Shown here piece by piece: positions 9,450 to 15,391 of a stretch of DNA of 18,645 bases. Position numbers and translations under genes: made by a program. Below the pieces are notes generated by a model, which saw nothing but the letters and a program-made list of their open reading frames with translations, was not told where the DNA came from and did no database searches. The first letter of the stretch is position 1; each line of letters opens with the position of its first letter. Source of the stretch: an uncultured Melioribacteraceae bacterium (GTDB lineage: Bacteria > Bacteroidota > Ignavibacteria > Ignavibacteriales > SURF-24); assembly GCA_965365345.1 (NCBI GenBank), contig CBDUBH010000072.1, positions 1-18,645 of the forward strand, given 5' to 3'.

Positions 9450-9483
9450 CGAATTAACATTTTTAGGAATTCAGAAATGAAAC

Positions 9484-10671
9484 TTATCTTTTTCTATCAG
9501 TATTTCTGTTTTCTCTTGTTTTTACTTCATTTCTGCCTGAAGAATTTGTTCTAACATTGTTCTCGTTTCTTTTAACTTCTCTTTCCTTGAAAACATTTCC
9601 GCTGTTGGAATTATTATCGTTTCTCTTTATTTCTCTTTCTTTATTCACAGGAGCGGAATTCGGTTTCGGAGTTTCTTTTTCATTTCTTTTAATTTGAACA
9701 TCATTTCTGTTTTCATTTCTTGAGTCGTTTTTTCTTATTTCGTTAGATTTTCTGTCATCACGAATTTCAGGTTTTCCTCTGTCACCGGTTCTATCATTTC
9801 TTAAGTTATCATTATTTCTATCTCTCGAAATTCCCGTTTCTCTTCTTTCAATTTTTGCTACATCAAGATTTGATTTTCTGTCTGATCTTTTAAAATCGTA
9901 TCTTTCAACATTTCTGAATCTGTTTATTTCATTTTCGTTCGGTCTGAATATTTCGATCCTGTCATTATTGTTTCCGCGATTTTCTCTGAATTTATCTGTC
10001 TCGAAAATATTTCTTTCTTTAATTTTTATATTTCCTCTTCTTTCAACAAAATCACGGTCAATTCCTCTGTTTATAATTCTGCCATCGCGGTAATCATAAG
10101 CGTTTCTGTATTTTGTTTTACCGTGAATTTTGTGTTTTACTTTGTCTTTTACCATATAACGGTGAACATCATATCCGTGAAAATGTTTTACGGGAACATA
10201 ATGCCAATGAGTAACAGGAAAATGAAAATCTATTGAAAAATGAATTCCAACTCCGCGTCTGTAATGTGCATAAGGAGGAAGCGGAGCCCAGCCGATATAA
10301 TTATCATCATATCTCCACTCAACCCAGGCAGGTGCCCATTCATAATCAGGAATCCAGATCCATCCGTAATAATCATCAAAGTGCCATCTTCCGTAGTGAT
10401 AAGTAGCCCAGCCGAATGGTTCGTATGAATCCCAATACCAGCCGTAAGTTGTCCAAACCCATCTTCCTACTGTGTAAGGAGCCCATCTTTTTGAAACATA
10501 AGCCGGACGCCAAGCATAAAGATCATAATCTATTTCGATCCACTCACCGTATGGAGAAAGCGAGCCGTAGAAGTAATTGAAATTTACTCCGCCGCCGTAT
10601 CTGTTTTTTGCTTCCGCATTTGATACAAACACTGCAAAAACAATTGCAAAAAGTATTAGTAATTTTTTCAT
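9484..10671 (-). CDS. Secreted Trp/Tyr-rich protein with a long Arg/Asn/Asp/Glu/Lys-rich low-complexity C-terminal tail. Function unknown.
   Basis: The track ORF starts at a TTG at 10683. The likely ATG is at 10671 (MKKLLILFAIVFAVFVSNAEA signal peptide), preceded by GAGGTG. About 15 Trp and 16 Tyr sit in about 100 residues (GRWVWTTYGWYWDSYEPFGWATYHYGRWHFDDYYGWIWIPDYEWAPAWVEWRY). A tail of about 220 aa follows, made of R/N/D/E/K with internal repeats (KEREIKRNDNN / KEREVKRNENN). Confidence 0.7.
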   Translation of the reverse strand: MKKLLILFAIVFAVFVSNAEAKNRYGGGVNFNYFYGSLSPYGEWIEIDYDLYAWRPAYVSKRWAPYTVGRWVWTTYGWYWDSYEPFGWATYHYGRWHFDDYYGWIWIPDYEWAPAWVEWRYDDNYIGWAPLPPYAHYRRGVGIHFSIDFHFPVTHWHYVPVKHFHGYDVHRYMVKDKVKHKIHGKTKYRNAYDYRDGRIINRGIDRDFVERRGNIKIKERNIFETDKFRENRGNNNDRIEIFRPNENEINRFRNVERYDFKRSDRKSNLDVAKIERRETGISRDRNNDNLRNDRTGDRGKPEIRDDRKSNEIRKNDSRNENRNDVQIKRNEKETPKPNSAPVNKEREIKRNDNNSNSGNVFKEREVKRNENNVRTNSSGRNEVKTRENRNTDRKR

Positions 10672-10865
10672 CGCACACCTCAAATAAATTGTTCTGTAAA
10701 TATTTATTCAAAGTGTGTGCCAAATTGTTTTAAGCAGAAAATTCAATAATTTCTTTAAATGAAATAAATTTGTGTTCACTTTTTTATACAGTAGTAATTT
10801 CAAAATATACATTTCAATTAAGAAAATTTTCTTTTTATATTAACTGAATGATTTTAAGATTGAAA

Positions 10866-10899
10866 AATGTCTGATTCCGGACTTTGCCGGAATGACATT
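10866..10899 (+). promoter_or_regulatory. Stable hairpin in the leader upstream of the M49-like peptidase gene, between divergent genes
   Basis: AATGTC(TG)ATTCCGG-actttg-CCGGAATGACATT. The stem is 13 bp with a 2-nt bulge. A T-rich tract follows (TTTGACTTTTAATATTTTTT). It lies 35 nt upstream of the ATG at 10935. Confidence 0.4.
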
Positions 10900-10934
10900 T
10901 GACTTTTAATATTTTTTCACGGGAGAAATTAATC

Positions 10935-12593
10935 ATGAAAATTTTTACTTTCATTTTTACCGCTTTACTTTTATTAATGAACTTAAATTTAACCGCACAG
11001 AATTTTAAGGATAAGAAAATGCTTGAAGAAAAAATTTCCAAATTTGTTGAAACCGAATTAAAATACGATCATTCAATTCTATCTGAAAAAGATAAAATTG
11101 TTGTTAAGAAATTATACGAAGCATCAAAATTGATGGATGAAATTTTCTTAAATCAGGTTTATTCAAAAAATGAAAAAATAAAATCCGAATTGCAAAATCA
11201 AAAATCTGCCGAAGCGGTTTTAACTTTGAAATATTTCAATATAATGTTCGGACCTTTTGACAGATTAAATCATAACGAACCGTTTTACGGAAACGAGAAA
11301 AAACCTGCCGGAGCAAATTTTTATCCGGAAGATATGACAAAAGAAGAATTTGAAAATCATATTAAAAACAATCCTGATGATGAAAAAAATTTCACTTCCG
11401 AATTTACCGTAATTAGAAGAAAAGAAAATAAACTTGTTGCAATTCCTTATTCTGAATTTTATAATGACAAACTTACCAAAGCCGCAAATTTATTGCGTGA
11501 AGCCGCGGCAAATTCTGAAAATGAATCTTTGAAAAAATATCTTGAACTTCGTGCAAAAGCTTTTGAAACTAATGATTATTACGAAAGCGATATGGCTTGG
11601 ATGGATTTGAAAGATAATACAATTGAATTTATAATTGGTCCGTACGAAGTTTATGAAGATGAAATGTTCAATTACAAAGCGGCATTTGAAAGTTTCTTAA
11701 CGATAAAAGATCCGGTTGAAAGCGAAAAGTTAATGATCTTCGAAAAATATTTGAATGATATCGAAAAGAATTTACCGATTCCCGATGAGCACAAAAATTT
11801 TAATCGCGGAAGTGAATCTCCAATGGTAGTTTCAAATCAAGTATTTTCCGCCGGAGATACAAAAGCTGGTGTACAAACTTTGGCTTTTAATTTACCGAAC
11901 GATGAAAGAGTCCGCGCAGCAAAAGGTTCTAAAAAAGTTATGCTTAAAAATCTTCACGAAGCAAAATTTGAAAAATTGTTAAAACCGATTGCGGAAATTG
12001 TTCTTGATGAATCTCAATTAAAATATGTTACATTTTCCGGATTTTTCAATCATACTTTGATGCACGAAATTTCTCACGGAGTCGGACCCGGATTTATTAA
12101 AAAGAACGGTGTTGATACGGAAGTAAAAAAAGAATTGAAAGAAACTTATTCAAAAATTGAAGAATGTAAAGCCGATATTTTGGGAATGTTCAATAATATT
12201 TTCATGATTGAAAAAGGTGTTTACTCAAAAGAATCCGAAAAAGAAATTTGGTCAACTTTTCTTGCAGGAATTTTCCGCTCGGTAAGGTTCGGAATTAACG
12301 AAGCGCACGGCGGCGGCAACGCAATAATTTACAATTATCTTTTAGAAAAAGGCGCTTACGAATTTGATGAGCAAAAACAAAAAGTAAAAGTTAATTTTGA
12401 AAAAATAAATCCGGCGTTAAAAGAATTGGCAAATTTGGTTTTGATGATTCAGGCAGAAGGAAATTATGAAGGCGCAAAAAATCTAATTGAAAAATATGCG
12501 GTCAATTCTCCTTCGATGGAAATTTTAAGAAACAAATTAAATAATTTGCCGGTTGATATTAAGCCCGTTTTTCAAATTGAAAAAGAGATGTAA
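10935..12593 (+). CDS. Secreted zinc metallopeptidase, M49 (dipeptidyl-peptidase III)-like
   Basis: The ATG at 10935 is preceded by GGGAGA. The track start at 10899 is rejected. Signal peptide MKIFTFIFTALLLLMNLNLTAQ. Motif HTLMHEISHGVGPG (HExxH-type) plus downstream EECKAD, which resembles the second zinc-ligand motif EECRAE of M49. The length is 552 aa. Confidence 0.6.
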   Translation: MKIFTFIFTALLLLMNLNLTAQNFKDKKMLEEKISKFVETELKYDHSILSEKDKIVVKKLYEASKLMDEIFLNQVYSKNEKIKSELQNQKSAEAVLTLKYFNIMFGPFDRLNHNEPFYGNEKKPAGANFYPEDMTKEEFENHIKNNPDDEKNFTSEFTVIRRKENKLVAIPYSEFYNDKLTKAANLLREAAANSENESLKKYLELRAKAFETNDYYESDMAWMDLKDNTIEFIIGPYEVYEDEMFNYKAAFESFLTIKDPVESEKLMIFEKYLNDIEKNLPIPDEHKNFNRGSESPMVVSNQVFSAGDTKAGVQTLAFNLPNDERVRAAKGSKKVMLKNLHEAKFEKLLKPIAEIVLDESQLKYVTFSGFFNHTLMHEISHGVGPGFIKKNGVDTEVKKELKETYSKIEECKADILGMFNNIFMIEKGVYSKESEKEIWSTFLAGIFRSVRFGINEAHGGGNAIIYNYLLEKGAYEFDEQKQKVKVNFEKINPALKELANLVLMIQAEGNYEGAKNLIEKYAVNSPSMEILRNKLNNLPVDIKPVFQIEKEM

Positions 12594-12614
12594 AATTTTG
12601 ACCTCACCCTTAAT

Positions 12615-12646
12615 CCCTCTCCTAATTCAGGAGAGGGAAATTTTTC
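12615..12646 (+). terminator. Intrinsic terminator after the peptidase gene
   Basis: CCCTCTCCT-aattc-AGGAGAGGG hairpin followed by AAATTTTTCTTT. It lies 22 nt past the stop. Confidence 0.75.
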
Positions 12647-12856
12647 TTTAATAATTTTTCATTTTGTAGAAACGGGATATATTCTGTTTCTACATTATAA
12701 AATTTCACATCATAAATTTTCACTTTAATTGATGATTTCCAATGGATTAAATTTTCATTTAAATATTGCTTATTAAATTCTTTGAATATAAATTTGCACA
12801 ATAGCTGTTCTCAAATTTCACTTCACACCAAAAGTAAAAACAACAAGGGGCAAAAA

Positions 12857-13456
12857 ATGTTTAAGTTCCTGGCTCACAGATCAATTCTCGAATTGTTTTA
12901 CATCATTTCGGCAATCATCGGCGGAATTTTGGTTTTGATCAGATTCATTTTACAAGTTATCGGTAGTGATGCCGATGGTAGCGATGGTTTTGATATTCAC
13001 AGCGATTCCGATACAAGTTTTAATTTCCTTTCACTTCACGGACTTTCATCTTTTATGCTGATGTTCGGATTGGTCGGTTTAGCGCTTTATTCACAAAGTT
13101 CGGTCAGTTCTGTCTTATCTATGGTTGGCGCGGTTACGGCAGGTGTAATTTCCGTTTTTATAATCGGGCAAATTTTTAAAATGTTCGGAAGAATGCAGAC
13201 AAGCGGAAATATTTTAATTGACAGCACAATAGGAAATGAAGGAACCGTTTACGCTAAAATTCCTAAAAACGGAATTGGACAAGTTACGGTAAATGTTAAA
13301 AATCATCTTCGTGAATTTGAAGCGCGCTCAAATAATGGAGAAGAAATTCTTTCGGGCGAATTGGTGAAAGTCGTAAAAGTTATCGGAAAAACTTTGGTCG
13401 TGGAACGAACAAATTATGTTGCCGTTACTCCTGATTTGAATAATCAGAACGCTTAA
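12857..13456 (+). CDS. NfeD-like membrane protein (short form, YuaF-like). It is the partner of flotillin.
   Basis: The ATG at 12857 is preceded by AAGGGG. The upstream extension from 12782 is rejected. There are two hydrophobic segments and an acidic loop DADGSDGFDIHSDSD. The C-terminal soluble beta-rich domain (GTVYAKIPKNGIGQVTVNVKNHLREFEARS...GELVKVVKVIGKTLVVE) is typical of the NfeD OB-fold. It sits immediately upstream of a flotillin gene, as in the B. subtilis yuaF-yuaG arrangement. Confidence 0.7.
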   Translation: MFKFLAHRSILELFYIISAIIGGILVLIRFILQVIGSDADGSDGFDIHSDSDTSFNFLSLHGLSSFMLMFGLVGLALYSQSSVSSVLSMVGAVTAGVISVFIIGQIFKMFGRMQTSGNILIDSTIGNEGTVYAKIPKNGIGQVTVNVKNHLREFEARSNNGEEILSGELVKVVKVIGKTLVVERTNYVAVTPDLNNQNA

Positions 13457-13676
13457 AAAAATAATTATTCTTTTTGAAATTCTTTTTAGAAAATAAAAAC
13501 ATAACATCTGAATTTACTGCAAGAAATTTTAAAAGGAAATTTCAAAATTGAATTTAAGATTTTTTAATAAAGTTTAAAGTGAAATTTCAATTTTTGATTT
13601 AACAAACTTTTACCAAAATATTTACACAGCAAAAAATCTAAACAATAAATTAACCAAATAAATAGACGAGGAAAAT

Positions 13677-15224
13677 ATGTTTGATCTTTGGATACTTCCC
13701 ATTGCTGCATTTGTTTTTCTTGTGCTTACAACACTCATCTTTTTTGCATCACGATATAAAAGATGTCCATCAGATAAAATTCTGGTTATCTATGGAAAAG
13801 TAGGCGCAGGACAATCAGCAAATTGTATTCACGGCGGCGGCGCGTTAATTTGGCCGCTTGTACAGGATTATTCTTATTTAAGTTTAACTCCTATGACAAT
13901 AAGCATTCCACTGCAAAAAGCTCTTTCAATGCAAAATATTCGTATAAATGTGCCGAGTACATTTACAGTTGGTATAAGCACCGAACCCGCAATTATGAAT
14001 AACGCTGCTGAAAGATTATTGAATTTACCGCAGCAGCAAATTGAAGAAATGGCACGCGAAATTATTTTCGGTCAATTAAGATTAACTGTAGCATCTTTAA
14101 CGATCGAACAAATTAATCAAGATAGAGAAAGTTTTCTTGAATCGATCAGGAAAAATGTGGCGCCTGAATTAAATAAGATCGGTCTGTATTTGATCAACGT
14201 AAATATTACCGATATTACTGATGAATCAGGCTACATTGATTCAATCGGTAAAAAAGCTGCTGCCGAAGCCATCAATCAGGCAAGAATAGATGTTGCAATT
14301 CAGGAAAAACTTGGTGCCATAGGACATTCAGAAGCGACAAAAGAAAAAGAGATCCGCGTTGCCGAAAATGATGCTGAATCAGAAAAAGGCAAAAAGAAAG
14401 CCGAAGCTGATAGAAGAATTTTTATTCAGCAGCAGGAAACTACCGCAACGATCGGTGAAGCCGCAGCAAATAAAGATAAAGATATTAAAGTCGCTGAAAA
14501 TGATGCCGAAGCTCAGAAAGGTAAAAAACGCGCAGAAGCAGATAAGCGTATTTTTGTTCAGCAGCAGGAAGCTCAAGCAGTTGACGGTGAAAATAAATCA
14601 AAAGCTTCAATTGCAGAAGCAAATGCCGAATTAGCTGTAAGGCAAGCAAAAGCTGCCAAACTTGGTGAAATTGCAAAACGCGAAGCCGAAGTTGAAATTC
14701 AAAGAGCGCAATATTTGGCTGAACAAGAAAGATTAAATGCCGAAGTTATTGTTAAACAAGAAATTGAAAAACGCAAAATTGAAATTGCCGCAGAGGCCGA
14801 AGCTGAAAAAATCAGGAAACAGGCAAAAGGTGAAGCTGATGCAATTCTGTTTAAATATGAAGCCGAAGCAAAAGGTATAAAACAAGTTCTTGAAAGCAAG
14901 GCAGAAGGTTATTTGGAACTTGTTAAGAATTGCGGCGGCGATGCAAAATCGGCTGCAACTTTGCTTATGACTGAAAAGATTGAACAGATCGTTGCACTAC
15001 AAATTGAAGCTATCAAAAATCTTAAAATCGATAAGATCACTGTTTGGGATTCCGGCACTGGTGAAAAAGGCGGAACAACCGCAAACTTTGTTTCAAGTCT
15101 TATTAAATCCCTTCCTCCGCTTCATGATGTTGCCGAAATGGCGGGAATTGAATTGCCTAAATATTTAGGTGAAATTGAAGCAAACGGAAAAACTCCAACC
15201 GTAATTCCGCCGGTTCAAAATTAA
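13677..15224 (+). CDS. floT: Flotillin (SPFH/Band-7 domain, FloT/YuaG-like)
   Basis: 515 aa. GAGGA SD. N-terminal TM helix. The SPFH domain has KILVIYGKVG...HGGGALIWPLVQ. A long Ala/Glu-rich coiled-coil follows (AEAEAEKIRKQAKGEADA). The C-terminal KITVWDSGTGEKGGTTANFVSS matches FloT KITVVDTGGSGESSGANKVTS. Confidence 0.9.
   Translation: MFDLWILPIAAFVFLVLTTLIFFASRYKRCPSDKILVIYGKVGAGQSANCIHGGGALIWPLVQDYSYLSLTPMTISIPLQKALSMQNIRINVPSTFTVGISTEPAIMNNAAERLLNLPQQQIEEMAREIIFGQLRLTVASLTIEQINQDRESFLESIRKNVAPELNKIGLYLINVNITDITDESGYIDSIGKKAAAEAINQARIDVAIQEKLGAIGHSEATKEKEIRVAENDAESEKGKKKAEADRRIFIQQQETTATIGEAAANKDKDIKVAENDAEAQKGKKRAEADKRIFVQQQEAQAVDGENKSKASIAEANAELAVRQAKAAKLGEIAKREAEVEIQRAQYLAEQERLNAEVIVKQEIEKRKIEIAAEAEAEKIRKQAKGEADAILFKYEAEAKGIKQVLESKAEGYLELVKNCGGDAKSAATLLMTEKIEQIVALQIEAIKNLKIDKITVWDSGTGEKGGTTANFVSSLIKSLPPLHDVAEMAGIELPKYLGEIEANGKTPTVIPPVQN
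14353..14568 (+). repeat. In-frame tandem duplication of about 129 nt (43 aa) inside the flotillin coiled-coil region
   Basis: Two units, IRVAENDAESEKGKKKAEADRRIFIQQQE and IKVAENDAEAQKGKKRAEADKRIFVQQQE. The nucleotide copies are at about 14353-14439 and 14482-14568. This explains the cluster of spurious ORFs on both strands in this region. Confidence 0.7.
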
Positions 15225-15243
15225 ATTTTTGAGTTATTAAATG

Positions 15244-15281
15244 AAGATGACATCTTTTTGAAAGATGTCATCTTTTGTTTT
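15244..15281 (+). terminator. Strong intrinsic terminator after floT
   Basis: Perfect 14-bp stem AAGATGACATCTTT-ttg-AAAGATGTCATCTT followed by TTGTTTT. It lies 20 nt past the floT stop. Confidence 0.85.
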
Positions 15282-15391
15282 AAACTGATTTTCATTTTTA
15301 TATAACATTTATGCCCACCTAAAAAATATATTTTTATCTTTTTTAAAAAAATGTTTATATTAAAATCAGAAAAAATATTTCCGGAGGGGCG

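Noticed and set aside
10240-10428. 62-aa plus-strand ORF inside the W/Y-rich protein gene
   Set aside because: It is antisense to the far longer ORF, which has a signal peptide and an SD.
10899-10934. N-terminal extension of the peptidase ORF (MTFNIFSREKLI)
   Set aside because: The downstream ATG at 10935 has a GGGAGA SD and begins a textbook signal peptide. The extension would place the SD inside the coding sequence.
10835-11041. 68-aa minus-strand ORF overlapping the peptidase start
   Set aside because: It is low-complexity K/F/I-rich and overlaps the SD-supported start of the peptidase gene and its leader hairpin.
12782-12856. Upstream extension of the nfeD ORF from ATG 12782
   Set aside because: The ATG at 12857 is preceded by AAGGGG at ideal spacing. 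The extension has no SD and encodes non-conserved sequence.
14359-15168. A cluster of 60-90 aa ORFs on both strands inside floT
   Set aside because: They are artefacts of the GAA/GCA/AAA-rich repeat coding for the flotillin E/A/K coiled-coil. All overlap floT, which has strong homology support.
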